From positions 310,001 to 374,000 of the forward strand of contig CP060763.1 of the NCBI GenBank assembly GCA_023205875.1: 64,000 bases of DNA, given 5' to 3'. Shown here piece after piece: positions 1 to 10,002 of the stretch; position 1 is the stretch's first letter; the number at the start of each line of letters is the position of its first letter. Under the pieces are notes generated by a model, which saw only the letters and a list, made by a program, of their open reading frames with translations, had not been told where the DNA came from and did not search any database. A program made the translations under genes and the position numbers. Source of the DNA: Chloropicon primus (Eukaryota).

Positions 1-713
1 GGGAGCTGGACACGGTCGGGGGGATTCAGAAGCTCGGGAAGCAAGCGGAGGGAGCCGCCCCGGCAGGACCAGCAACCCAAGAACAGCGGCGGGGACCGGG
101 GGAGCAGGGAGAGTGAGGACGTGCAGGCGTGTGCACACAAAGAAAGCGAATGCGCGAAAGCGTGGCGAGGTGGCGTCACCACCCAATTTCGCCTTGCTGA
201 CCAGCAAGACTCTGTAAAACCAGCTCTGCATCGAATCCACGCGACGACGACGAGAAAGTGCTCTTGTTTATTTTTTTGCGTACCTCCTCGCCTTTCGAAG
301 ACGCTAGGGGCGTGTCATCGCGACACGGCGAGATCTCATCAATCGAATGATCTCGGCAAGTGCTCTCGCCTCGCCCCCAATCGCCGCGATGCTCTCTCCC
401 TCGCACCGCGTGAACCAGTCCGTCCCTCCGTTCTCATCATCCATCCATCCACCTTGTGGATCCCCATGCATGGCGTGATGGTGGCGTCCAAGGACGACTC
501 AAACGAAAGACCTTGAGACAAGGAATCGTGTTACACACCTCCCTTCCTCCTCTCCTCCCCCTTCCCTCTCCTCCCTCTCCTCCAAAGCCTCCTCCTCTCC
601 TCCATCATCGCACAACAGCACGTGGCCGAGTTGCCTGCCAAGGTGGACAAAAACGTTTCGAGAGGGTGGCCGCCAGCAGCAGCAGCAGCAGCAGCAGCGT
701 CACGACGAGCGTC

Positions 714-2582
714 ATGAGAGTCGTCGCCACGAGGACGTGGAGGGCACAGAGGGTTACCAGCGAAGTTGTCAAGCCATTCGCCAACTCTTTCGTAAGGTCA
801 AGCTCTAACACGAGAGCGAGAGCGAGAGGAATCCCAACAAGAGATCGAGTTCCTGTACGAGTGATCCACGAAACGTTGTCGAGTTGTAGGGTCTCTGGAC
901 CGGTACGAGCAGCAGCTCCGTCGGCAGACATGAGTCAAGGGCAAGGCATGAAGGGAATGAAGGGGAAGGCGCTTGTATCGGTGTCGGACAAGAGCGGCGT
1001 CGTGGAGTTAGCTCGTGGGCTCGTCGATTTGGGATACGAGGTGGTGAGCACCGGAGGAAGTTTCAAGGCCATTAGCGAGGCTGGAGTTGCCGTGTCTCAA
1101 GTGGAGTCGATGACGAACTTCCCTGAGATGTTGGATGGGAGGGTGAAGACGCTGCATCCTGCGGTGCATGGAGGAATCCTCGCGAGGAGGGACCTCGAGG
1201 ACCACATGGAAGCCATGGAGAACCAGAACTTTGGACTCATCGATGTGGTGGTGTGCAACCTGTATCCGTTCAGGGCGACGGTGACCGGCAGCAGTGAGAT
1301 CGCGTTCCAGGACGCGATCGAGAAGATCGACATTGGGGGGCCCACGCTCATCAGGGCGGCTGCGAAGAACCACAAGCACGTGACGGTGATCGTTGATCCG
1401 ACGGACTACACGGACGTTCTGACGGCCCTGGGCAGCGGGGAGGAGGGGTCCGCGGAGAAGTTGAGGACCCACCTGGCCTGGAAGGCCTTCCAGCACGTCT
1501 CGAGCTACGACTCGAACGTGTCCGAGTGGCTGTGGGAGAATGGCGGAGGCAAGGGCGAGGACGCGGCGTCCGCCCCGCCGGAGAAGACGATTCCCGTCAA
1601 GCTCGTGAACACGTTGAGGTACGGGGAGAACCCTCACCAGAAGGCCGCGTTTTACGTGGACCAGTCTCTCGGGGAGCACGACGCCGGCGGCCTCGCTCTC
1701 AGCACGCAGCACCACGGCAAGGAGATGAGCTTCAACAATTTCTTGGACGGCGACGCTGCTTACTCTTGCGTGTGCGACTTCGTGGAGCCAACGTGCGTCA
1801 TTGTCAAGCACACGAACCCCTGTGGGGTGGCAAGCGCCCACTCCGGCCAGGACGACCCCAACGACCTCAGGCAAGCCTACCGGTGGGCGGTCGAGGCCGA
1901 TCCTGTGAGCGCCTTTGGCGGGATCGTGGCTTTCAACCGACCCGTCACTGAGGAGCTGGCCAAGGAAATCAGGGAGTTCAGAAGTCCTCAAGACGGTGAC
2001 ACCAGGATGTTTTACGAGATTGTCATCGCCCCTGGGTACACGGAGAAGGGCCTGGAAGTTCTCAAGGGGAAGAGCAAGACCTTGCGGATATTGGAGGCGA
2101 AGCCGCACAACCAGACGAAGAGCAAGGGCCTCAAGCAGATCGGCGGGGGCTTCGTGCTTCAGGAGCACGACTTCCTCACCCCTGAGGACATCAAATTCGA
2201 GGTGGTTTCCGAGAAGCAGCCGACCGCTGAGGAGCTCGAGGACCTCAAGTTCGCCTGGCGCTGCGTCAAGCACGTCAAGTCGAACGCGATTACCATCGCG
2301 AAGGGCAAGAAGTTGCTTGGCATGGGCTCCGGCCAGCCGAACAGAGTGAAGAGCGTTGAGATCGCCATCGAGAAGGCCGCGGATGAGATAGAAGGGTCAG
2401 TCATGGCGAGTGACGCCTTTTTCCCCTTTGCGTGGAATGACTCCGTCGAGAAAGCATGCCAGGCGGGAGTCAAGGCGATTGTACACCCGGGTGGAAGCAT
2501 TAGAGACAGCGACGCGATCGAGTGCTGCAACAAGTACAACGTCGCTCTGCTCACGACAAGCGTGAGGCACTTCAAGCACTGA
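714..2582 (+). CDS. purH: Bifunctional AICAR transformylase/IMP cyclohydrolase, organelle-targeted
   Basis: Motifs ALVSVSDK, GRVKTLHP, IDIGGPTLIRAAAKN, LRYGENPHQ, KHTNPCG, SDAFFPF and RHFKH. ATG 714 (MRVVATR...) begins an Arg/Ser-rich transit-peptide-like leader. Confidence 0.97.
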   Translation: MRVVATRTWRAQRVTSEVVKPFANSFVRSSSNTRARARGIPTRDRVPVRVIHETLSSCRVSGPVRAAAPSADMSQGQGMKGMKGKALVSVSDKSGVVELARGLVDLGYEVVSTGGSFKAISEAGVAVSQVESMTNFPEMLDGRVKTLHPAVHGGILARRDLEDHMEAMENQNFGLIDVVVCNLYPFRATVTGSSEIAFQDAIEKIDIGGPTLIRAAAKNHKHVTVIVDPTDYTDVLTALGSGEEGSAEKLRTHLAWKAFQHVSSYDSNVSEWLWENGGGKGEDAASAPPEKTIPVKLVNTLRYGENPHQKAAFYVDQSLGEHDAGGLALSTQHHGKEMSFNNFLDGDAAYSCVCDFVEPTCVIVKHTNPCGVASAHSGQDDPNDLRQAYRWAVEADPVSAFGGIVAFNRPVTEELAKEIREFRSPQDGDTRMFYEIVIAPGYTEKGLEVLKGKSKTLRILEAKPHNQTKSKGLKQIGGGFVLQEHDFLTPEDIKFEVVSEKQPTAEELEDLKFAWRCVKHVKSNAITIAKGKKLLGMGSGQPNRVKSVEIAIEKAADEIEGSVMASDAFFPFAWNDSVEKACQAGVKAIVHPGGSIRDSDAIECCNKYNVALLTTSVRHFKH

Positions 2583-2666
2583 GACCAACCAAACCAAAGC
2601 ATAAGGAATGAGTTGAAACTAGTTTTTACCCCTTTACACAACGACGTACGCCTCGAACGATGCCAT

Positions 2667-3764
2667 CTACCACCTTCCCGCCGCCCGCCCGTTGGTTGTT
2701 GTTGAAGTGGTCTTGGAATAGTTCACCCTCTCCACGATTTGTTGGAACCCCCTCCGGTTCACAAAGGGGTAATCGTACAGCCACTGGCGGGTCTCGGGCA
2801 GGAAGACGTCCCTCACAGCCTTGAACGAGCTCAGGGTGGGAGAATTGGACACCACGACGAGGAGAGCGGGGTCCCCTTGCCGCAGCATCTCGTGGCTGAG
2901 CTCGTACGGCACCTCCACCACGACATCGGCCATGCCCTCCTGGCCGACCCTAATCTCAGTGGTCGTGAGCGCCCCCCGTCCCCTCCGGTAGGCCCCTCCA
3001 GCCGCAAAGGCCTCCGCCTGATTCGTCCTCCAGCGCCCCCTCTGCTTCCCCCTCTCCCTCGAGGGGTCTCTCCTGAACTCCAGGTCAAGAACCCTGGCCT
3101 CCCAGAATCCGCCGTAGGGGTATTTCTTCACGCTCAAGTTTCGGGTCATGGACCGGACCACCGGCCCCCAAGCGCTGTACGTGAAAGCGCCCGCCGCAAG
3201 AACTGGGCTGCTGTTCGTGGCGACCAGGGTAATTAGCAAGGAGAGGGCGAACCTCTGTACGGCCTGGTCCCAGGTTCCCCAGTAGTACGAGTACTGCCCA
3301 GGCGTGCCGGACAAGGGGAAGAGGTCGTGAAGCTCCTCGCTCCTCAGGGGCCACAGGTCGAGGCGGCCCGGCCCCGAAGAGGTGCCCGAGTCTCGCGAAC
3401 TTCCGCCCTCGGCCTCGTAGCCAAAGCCTCCGGCGTCCGCGTCGAACCCTTCGGAGCTCTCCTCGGCGTAGTCTGCTCCTTCCCCCCACCCATTGCTGCC
3501 CGACCAGCCACCATACCCATCATCGGGCCTCTTGGCCCTCCCGCTCCCCTTCTCCCACCCCGTGCCCGAAGACGAGGACGAAGCCGGCCCACTCGCAGCC
3601 CTCTCCCCCGCACCTCCCCTCTCCTCCGGGCTCATGTCCTCCTTGCTGTACCTGTACACCGCTGGCCTAAGGATCAGGCCTCGTCGCCTCGGGCCCGCAT
3701 TCCCCTCAGCTCCCGCACGCACTGCGCCGCGGTGACCTCGCCAACCCGCGCACCCACGCAACAT
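2667..3764 (-). CDS. Conserved plastid membrane protein resembling a cyanobacterial hypothetical family
   Basis: Segments LFPLSGTPGQYSYYWG, WGPVVRSMTRN..KYPYGGFWEARVLD and DVFLP..WLYDYPF recall a conserved cyanobacterial protein of unknown function. Transit-peptide-like N-terminus from ATG 3764. Confidence 0.7.
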   Translation of the reverse strand: MLRGCAGWRGHRGAVRAGAEGNAGPRRRGLILRPAVYRYSKEDMSPEERGGAGERAASGPASSSSSGTGWEKGSGRAKRPDDGYGGWSGSNGWGEGADYAEESSEGFDADAGGFGYEAEGGSSRDSGTSSGPGRLDLWPLRSEELHDLFPLSGTPGQYSYYWGTWDQAVQRFALSLLITLVATNSSPVLAAGAFTYSAWGPVVRSMTRNLSVKKYPYGGFWEARVLDLEFRRDPSRERGKQRGRWRTNQAEAFAAGGAYRRGRGALTTTEIRVGQEGMADVVVEVPYELSHEMLRQGDPALLVVVSNSPTLSSFKAVRDVFLPETRQWLYDYPFVNRRGFQQIVERVNYSKTTSTTTNGRAAGRW

Positions 3765-3990
3765 CCCCCTCACCCTGCACAGCCACGTGGCCTCCACCGA
3801 CTTCTTCTCGACCACTCCGCCCGTCAAGTGAGGTGTGAATGGAGATACCTTAAGACTTTGAGACGAACGTGCGCGTAGCAGCCTTCTCCTTCGCTCCAGA
3901 CGCTCTCCTCGCCGCTTACCTTCACGATAAGGTTGTCAGAGCGAAGCTAGTGAAGCTCGAGTTGGTGCACTCTATCGAGTGTTCTCGACC

Positions 3991-4318
3991 ACTCCGAGCG
4001 TCGCTTGGGTCAACCAAGGTACCAATCGAAAGATATCGAGACGTACTTTCGTCCTTCGTCGACTTCTCCCTCCTCCGTAAACGTTGTGAGCGTGAGGTCC
4101 ACTCGTAACGATAGAGCGAACACCCTCTCCCCTGCCTCCCTCACTCACTCCAATGAACCTCCACGATGACTCCGAGCGTCGATTCGGTCAACCAAGGTAC
4201 CGCTGGAAAGGTCTCGAGACGTAGTATCCCTCTGTCACCCTCTCCACCCCTTTTAAACGTCGTTATCACCGTCCACTCGTAATGATAGAGCGAACACCCT
4301 CCCCCTCCTGCCTCCCCT
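3991..4318. repeat. Tandem dimer, ~178-bp period, in a divergent promoter
   Basis: ACTCCGAGCGTCG at 3991 and 4169; CAACCAAGGTAC at 4011 and 4189; GTCCACTCGTAA at 4097 and 4271. Confidence 0.9.
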
Positions 4319-4345
4319 GGTGGTTCAGAGTGGAGAAGGGAGGCG

Positions 4346-5836
4346 ATGGTGGCGCCCGCTGCGACGAGGACGAGGACGAGGACGGCAGGAGGGAGCGAGG
4401 CACGCGAGGGGAGAGGCGGCTTCACCTTCACCTTCACGACGACGACGACGGCGCCGACGAGGAGGAGGAGGAGCGGCGTGAGGGAGGCGAGTGTTTGTGC
4501 AGGGAGGAGGGACGTGATGGAGTTGCAGCATGGGAGGACAAAGGTTGAGGTTGGGATGGGAAAGAGGAAGACGGCGCAGATGGAGAAACGGGGGTACCAG
4601 AGGAAGGCGTTGACGACGGGGACCGTGTACTGCATGAGCGGAGGGCAGAACGGTGGAGCTGGTCATGGTGTTGGTGATGGTCCTGTGTATTGCGTGATGA
4701 ACTTTTATCACTTGGTGGACGTGGAGAACAAGGAGGAGGAGCTCAAGGCTCATGAAGGTTTCCTCTCCGAGGAGAAGTTGGACATCAAGGGAAGGGTGTT
4801 CATCTCTGAGCACGGCGTGAATGCTCAATTGAGTGGACCTGAGAAGGACGCAGTCCAGTATGCGGAATGGATAAAGACGAGGCCCAAGTTCTCTGACTTG
4901 CACTACAGGACGTTCCCCTGTCCTGGTCATGCTTTTCCCAAGCTGATCGTGAGGAACAAGGCCCTGGTGTCTCTGCTGAGGGAGATGGACACGTTGCCGG
5001 TGACGGAGCCTGAGAAACGGGCGGAGAAGGTGTCCCCGAAGAGGTGGAAGGCTATGCTGGAGGAGGTGGGGGGAGACGAGGCGGCGGAGGGGAAGGACAA
5101 GAAGGGCACGATGAAGCCTCTTCTGATTGATGTGCGGAATGATTACGAGTGGGACACCGGGCACTTTGCTGGAGCGGAAAGGCCGGAGGAGTACAACTTC
5201 ATTGAGACTCCAGTGGGGAAGGAGGTGTACAACGGGCTGGAGGAGGTCGACAGGGAGAGGCCCATCATGATGTACTGCACTGGGGGCATCAGGTGCGACA
5301 TCTACTCGACGGTCATGCGCAAGCAGGGCTTCAAGAACCTGTACACGCTTGAGGGAGGAATTCAGAACTACTTGAGGGAGGAGGGCGAAGAGCACTGGAA
5401 GGGTTCTCTGTATGTCTTTGATTCGAGGATGGCGGTCCCCCCTCACCTGGACTCCACGAAGAACGACGGTTACCTCCCCGCGGTCTCGCCTTGCGCCATC
5501 TGCGGAGCCACGGCGGAGGCCCCCCACCTGAACTGCGCCAACGTGGACTGCAACAAGCTCTTCTTGGCCTGCGAGGAGTGCAAGCCAAAGTACTACGGCT
5601 GTTGCTGCGAGAAGTGCACGCAGGCCCCCAGGCTGCTGCGGCCCATCAAGAAGGACGGTTACTACGCCAAGCTCCACACGTACAAGGAGACGGACGAGGA
5701 GCTCCAGAGGCAGAAGAGGGACAGGGAGGCTTTGGAGGAGAAGATAAGGAGGAAGAAGGAGGCTGCGGCCAAGGCCGCCGCGGAGGGGATCATCTTGCCC
5801 GCGAAAAGAAAGAGCAAAAAGTATTTGAAACAGTAG
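4346..5836 (+). CDS. trhO: TrhO/YceA-like rhodanese-domain tRNA uridine(34) hydroxylase (plant STR8-like)
   Basis: Motifs KGRVFISEHGVNAQLSG, IDVRNDYEW.TGHF, MYCTGGIRCD and LEGGIQNY, plus a Cys-rich C-terminal NCAN.DCN. The exact start is uncertain. Confidence 0.9.
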   Translation: MVAPAATRTRTRTAGGSEAREGRGGFTFTFTTTTTAPTRRRRSGVREASVCAGRRDVMELQHGRTKVEVGMGKRKTAQMEKRGYQRKALTTGTVYCMSGGQNGGAGHGVGDGPVYCVMNFYHLVDVENKEEELKAHEGFLSEEKLDIKGRVFISEHGVNAQLSGPEKDAVQYAEWIKTRPKFSDLHYRTFPCPGHAFPKLIVRNKALVSLLREMDTLPVTEPEKRAEKVSPKRWKAMLEEVGGDEAAEGKDKKGTMKPLLIDVRNDYEWDTGHFAGAERPEEYNFIETPVGKEVYNGLEEVDRERPIMMYCTGGIRCDIYSTVMRKQGFKNLYTLEGGIQNYLREEGEEHWKGSLYVFDSRMAVPPHLDSTKNDGYLPAVSPCAICGATAEAPHLNCANVDCNKLFLACEECKPKYYGCCCEKCTQAPRLLRPIKKDGYYAKLHTYKETDEELQRQKRDREALEEKIRRKKEAAAKAAAEGIILPAKRKSKKYLKQ

Positions 5837-6888
5837 CAGTAGTAGTACCAGAAGCTTTGAAAAATGGTCCGGATTTGAACGCGCTCTTCGCACCTGCTTT
5901 CGATGACCCAACCACCAGACGACGAAAGTCTGTTGGCGTCTCTGCTCTGCCCAAGGTCACCCCCCGATCACCATTATCGATCCCTCTGGCCTCATCTTTT
6001 GTGAATTTCAATTGGCTACGGCCAAGTAACCATGCGAGTGGCCAATCGATAGTTCTCGAGACGTACTTTTGTCCAGCACCTTTCTCACTCCCAATCTCTC
6101 CTCACCCCGACGACAACACCTGTCCCCCCCTAAAGGCCAAAGAGACATCTCTTCCCCGCCTGTCCTCCATCCCCTTTGGCCTGATCATCAATGGCCTTCT
6201 TTCCCGGTTATCCCGTCAAGCGAGGGTTCTTTGGAAAGAGCGAGAAGAATGCGAATTCGCTGTCCTTGGACCTCCCACCATTCCCCTCCTCCCTCGCCCT
6301 CATCACCCCCCTCCCTCCTCCTCTGTCCTCCTCCTCCTCCAGGCTTTGGATCTTTGGATTCCCCGAGGGCAGAAGCAGCCAGAAGCAGCCGGAGAGCGGC
6401 GGGCGTTTGGGGGTTGTGGTGATGGGAGACTACGAGCAGGCGGTGTATCCAGGCTTCCTCCGACAGCCGGCAGGCAAGTGGCTCGAGGACGGCTCATGCG
6501 CACCGAGTGGAAGGGCAAGAGGAAAGGCAGACCTCTTCACTTTAGCCTTGCCGCGGTCAACCATTGAAGCCGATATCGCTGCGATCGAACATGAGAGTGG
6601 AGGAGGAACGAGGTAAGTCCCAACCAACGACCGGGCGAGGTTGCGCTTCATCGCCGTCGTTGTGCGTTACGACTGACGCCGTCCGTTACGCTTCTCTTGC
6701 CGAAGGGCGAAGCGGAGGGGTTCGGTCCACAAGTGAGGGAATGAAGAGGTGAGTCGAGTCGAAGCGTCGAAAAATGATATGAAAACCTTTTTTTTCTTTC
6801 GTTCTTTCTTTCCTCCTCCGAGAGGAGAGGAGAGGAAGAGGAAGAAGGCGGCGAGACCCTTTGACTTTGGCCCCTCCATGAGATGAGC

Positions 6889-6963
6889 AAACCAGGTGAT
6901 GGTCATTTTCAAATAAACTCCTGAACTACACCGTGATTCATTGATCGATAGGACTGATGGTTT
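6889..6963 (+). ncRNA. Box C/D snoRNA candidate 1
   Basis: Terminal stem AAACCA/TGGTTT; C-like GTGATGG 6896-6902; D' CTGA 6921-24; C'-like GTGATT 6933-38; D CTGA 6954-57. The D-guide GATCGATAGG is complementary to the conserved LSU rRNA sequence CCUAUCGAUC (recalled). Confidence 0.6.
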
Positions 6964-7045
6964 TGTTTTCGAGGGGGGGATCAAGTCAAGGGGGCGCCTC
7001 GCTCGGGTGCATGTGTGTGCATATTCATGTGTGTGTTTGTGTGTT

Positions 7046-7137
7046 GGAGGCTGTGATGAAACTTTTCTCAACGAGCTCCACGAGAGCCTTGAGCTACACT
7101 CTAGAAAAGTTTTTCAATGGATCCTTCTGAGCCTTCC
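7046..7137 (+). ncRNA. Box C/D snoRNA, snR41/SNORD62/snoR41Y-like guide for 18S rRNA 2'-O-methyl-A
   Basis: Terminal stem GGAGGC/GCCTTCC; box C GTGATGA 7053-59; box D CTGA 7127-30; internal stem AAACTTTTCT/AGAAAAGTTT. The guide TTTCAATGGATCCTT pairs over 15 nt (with G-U) to 18S GAGGAUCCAUUGGAG, and the D+5 rule points to the A of GAGG-A-UCC. Confidence 0.8.
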
Positions 7138-7358
7138 CCGTGGACGAAGCGAAGCTCTCTTTTCGTCGTCGCCGCCTTGACCGAAGGGCAATAGGTATTG
7201 ACGGGCTCTTTTTTCTCTTTATGCTACAGGTTCGCCAGGTCCCTGGAGCTTTGTCAGGTCTAAGCACTCTCTTGTACAATAAAACAAAATAGGGTTTACA
7301 CACATAGGGTCCTTCCTTGCTTTCGCTCCCCTCACTCGCTGCTGGGGGTTGGGCCTCG

Positions 7359-8048
7359 TCACTTTGCTCCAGAGATTGCAGCACTGCTTCTGATGTCCAC
7401 GAGGTGAATCTTTCGAGCAAAGTCCTCGAAGGTGCCCACCGCTTGTGTGTAGTCCGCCCCAGAAGCTTTTGCCACGAGTTCCACGAGCCACTTCCCTGGA
7501 AACGCGGTCTCCGCCTCCAGGATCCCCTCGACTTCCTCGCACAACTTGAGCTCCACAATCCTGCAAGTGATTTGGAACTTGTTCTCAGCCTCCTCCGTGA
7601 GCAGAGTCTCTTGGCCCCTCTCTATCAGGTCAAAGCAATACCCCTCCTTCAAGTAGTCGTGCGACACCGCGAGGTTCAACCCCTGCAGGTGCTCATGGAA
7701 CTCATCCTTTGTGCCACAACTCTTGATTTCCGTTTCGGTGAGGGATGCCATCAGCCCCACATTGCCCTTCACGTGAGCTGCACTCCTCATCCATCCCGAT
7801 GTGCAGTACGTGTACCTCTTCTCCTCCAGGTCCTCCTCCGCCCAAACCTGCTTGGCGTCATGACCACGACCACCACTCCTCTCCGCTGAAGATGAAGATG
7901 AAGATGAAGACGCCTTGAGGTTGTACACCCGCACCTTGTACCTCCTCCCCTTCCGTCCGCAGATCACCTCAACCAAAGTCTTCAGATCCTCCACTTGCCC
8001 TTCCTCCACCTCACCGAAACCCACGCAGCAACACGTTGCCTTCATCAT
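7359..8048 (-). CDS. MED18: Mediator complex subunit 18
   Basis: Colinear with plant MED18 as recalled: VEDLKTLVEVICG, LQGLNLAVSHDYLKEGYCF, PGKWLVELVAKASGADY. Length ~229 aa. Confidence 0.7.
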   Translation of the reverse strand: MMKATCCCVGFGEVEEGQVEDLKTLVEVICGRKGRRYKVRVYNLKASSSSSSSSAERSGGRGHDAKQVWAEEDLEEKRYTYCTSGWMRSAAHVKGNVGLMASLTETEIKSCGTKDEFHEHLQGLNLAVSHDYLKEGYCFDLIERGQETLLTEEAENKFQITCRIVELKLCEEVEGILEAETAFPGKWLVELVAKASGADYTQAVGTFEDFARKIHLVDIRSSAAISGAK

Positions 8049-8335
8049 CAATCACAACAGCAAAAGTGATGCGTTGCGAATTGCGATGCGATGAGAAGGT
8101 TGTTGCAGCGAAGCGGGGCTCCGTGGGTCGGATGGGTTCGTCAGTGCGGCGCCCTGCCTGCCTGCCTCGCGCCGGCCTTGGGTTCGAGTCGAATCCACTA
8201 CGCTCCTCTGCTCCTCTGCTCCTGCTGGACGGAATCACGATTCACCTTGAGAGGGGAAGGGGGATGATGGGGGATGACGGTGGTGGTGGGGGGGGAGAAC
8301 GAAAGGACAAGGGGTGAAACGCATGGCATGATGCA

Positions 8336-9658
8336 TTAAAAGTCTTCAAAGTCACTGCAAGCCGCTCTGTCGAAATTCAGAGCCCTTTCCACGTACTTTG
8401 GGTCGTCCATGTAATACGTCGAACACCCCGCTGACAGGAGGGAAAACTTCTTGTCCCTTTCGGCAGATTTGTTCCTTTGCAGGTCCCGGCGCGTCCTGAT
8501 CACAGGATTGCGCAAGGTGTTCCGCGCACGACTCAGGATGTTGCTGCTCTGCTTCCCCTGGAGTCTCGAACCTTTCGACAACGCCGTCTTCGTCGACATC
8601 ACGCCGGGGTGTCTCGTCCCGTACATGCAGGTCTGATGCAGGTCCTCGTCGCCATAACACCCGGCGTCGAACTTGCTGTTTGCGGCGGCACCACTCACGT
8701 CGAATCTAACGCCCTTGGGAACCATGCCGGACAGGGAAAGGTGCCGAAAAATGCTGGCGAGCACCTCTTGCTGAGCGCTGATCTGCTTGATGAGTCTCTC
8801 CTGGCTCTCTTTCATGGATTCCATCTCCTGCTTGAGGAGAATCTCGTCGTGAATCTGCGGCGGATGGTGCCTGTTCACCTCCTCGCTGTGGTGCAGCTTC
8901 CTCTCCGCCTCGGCGAGCTTGTGCTTGAGGCTCACCACCTCGTCGAAGATGTACTCGAGATCTTTGGAGGTCACCCCAAGGTCCACTTGCTTGCCGCTCG
9001 CCGCGTGGCCCCGGCCGCCCGGCGGAGACTCGTCGTCTCTCTTCGCGCGAGTCTGCTTCCTCTTGCCTGTCGGCGCTCCCGAAACCCCGGAGGATCGCCC
9101 TGACGACGTCGCCCCCTGTGCTGCCGAGCGCCCCCTGTGCTGCCCCACCCCCCTGGTGCGACTGACGCCCCCCGCGGCGCCCCTTGCTCCCTTGTAGGAA
9201 TCGCCCAGAGCGGCCCTCAGCGCGTCGCTTATCGACGCCCCCCCCGCCTTGGCGGCTTTGGCCGACCTCTTCGCACTCCTCTTGCGCGTGGTTCCGGACG
9301 AAGCCCTCCCGGCGCCTGCCTCCCTGCCCCGCCCCCGCTCGAGCGCCTCCGCCGCCTCGGCCGCCTCTCTCAGCTTCTCCTTCAGGGCAGTGCTCTGGGT
9401 CGAGTGGTCGTTCATGAAAACCTGGAGCCTCTTGATCTGGCTCTTGAACTTCTCCTCCTCGTCCTCGTCGCTCCCCCCTCCCTCCCCCCTCCTCGTCCTC
9501 GACCCAGAGCTCAGCACAGCTTGAAGCTTCTGCACCTGGTACTTGAGGGACAAGTTCTCCTCGAGGAGGTCGTCCACTCGAGTCCCCAGCTTCACCCTGG
9601 CTCGCCCGGGGGAGGAACCAGATCCCCTTGTGGACACCGGAGACCGCCTCGCTTGCAT
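8336..9658 (-). CDS. Hypothetical coiled-coil protein
   Basis: Long ORF with coding-like codon use and two heptad-like regions (LLEENLSLKYQVQKLQ; DEVVSLKHKLAEAERK). No family recognised. Confidence 0.7.
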   Translation of the reverse strand: MQARRSPVSTRGSGSSPGRARVKLGTRVDDLLEENLSLKYQVQKLQAVLSSGSRTRRGEGGGSDEDEEEKFKSQIKRLQVFMNDHSTQSTALKEKLREAAEAAEALERGRGREAGAGRASSGTTRKRSAKRSAKAAKAGGASISDALRAALGDSYKGARGAAGGVSRTRGVGQHRGRSAAQGATSSGRSSGVSGAPTGKRKQTRAKRDDESPPGGRGHAASGKQVDLGVTSKDLEYIFDEVVSLKHKLAEAERKLHHSEEVNRHHPPQIHDEILLKQEMESMKESQERLIKQISAQQEVLASIFRHLSLSGMVPKGVRFDVSGAAANSKFDAGCYGDEDLHQTCMYGTRHPGVMSTKTALSKGSRLQGKQSSNILSRARNTLRNPVIRTRRDLQRNKSAERDKKFSLLSAGCSTYYMDDPKYVERALNFDRAACSDFEDF

Positions 9659-9767
9659 CCTCACCTCCTCACTCCCTTCTGAGGCAAGAGCAAGAGCAAG
9701 AGGAGGCAAGAGGGTCACGCTCAAAACTTCTCCGACGCAAATTACCAGACACCTCCCGTGCCAATGG

Positions 9768-10002
9768 GGTCAACCAAGGTACCAATCGAAAGATATCGAG
9801 ACGTACTTTCGTCCTTCGTCGACTTCTCCCTCCTCCGTAAACGTTGTGAGCGTGAGGTCCACTCGTAACGATAGAGCGAACACCCTCTCCCCTGCCTCCC
9901 TCACTCACTCCAATGAACCTCCACGATGACTCCGAGCGTCGATTCGGTCAACCAAGGTACCGCTGGAAAGGTCTCGAGACGTAGTATCCCTCTGTCACCC
10001 TC
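9768..10002. repeat. Dispersed ~235-bp copy of 4008-4242
   Basis: Sequence is identical by eye to 4008-4242 at a constant offset of 5760 bp. It sits in a second divergent promoter. Confidence 0.93.

Larger units (their letters stand above)
6422..7293 (+). other. Probable spliced snoRNA host transcript (non-coding or short ORF)
   Basis: Intron 1 is 6613(GTAAGT)-6705(AG) with branch CTGAC. Intron 2 is 6749(GTGAGT)-7229(CAG) with a polypyrimidine tract and contains the two C/D snoRNA candidates. The spliced exons give only short unrecognisable ORFs. Transcript ends are approximate. Confidence 0.55.

Noticed and set aside
1..116. Possible 3' end of an upstream + strand CDS
   Set aside because: Too short and featureless to support.
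3991..4318. Repeats as a CRISPR array
   Set aside because: The context is eukaryotic, there are only two long units, the spacers are homologous rather than unique, and there are no cas genes.
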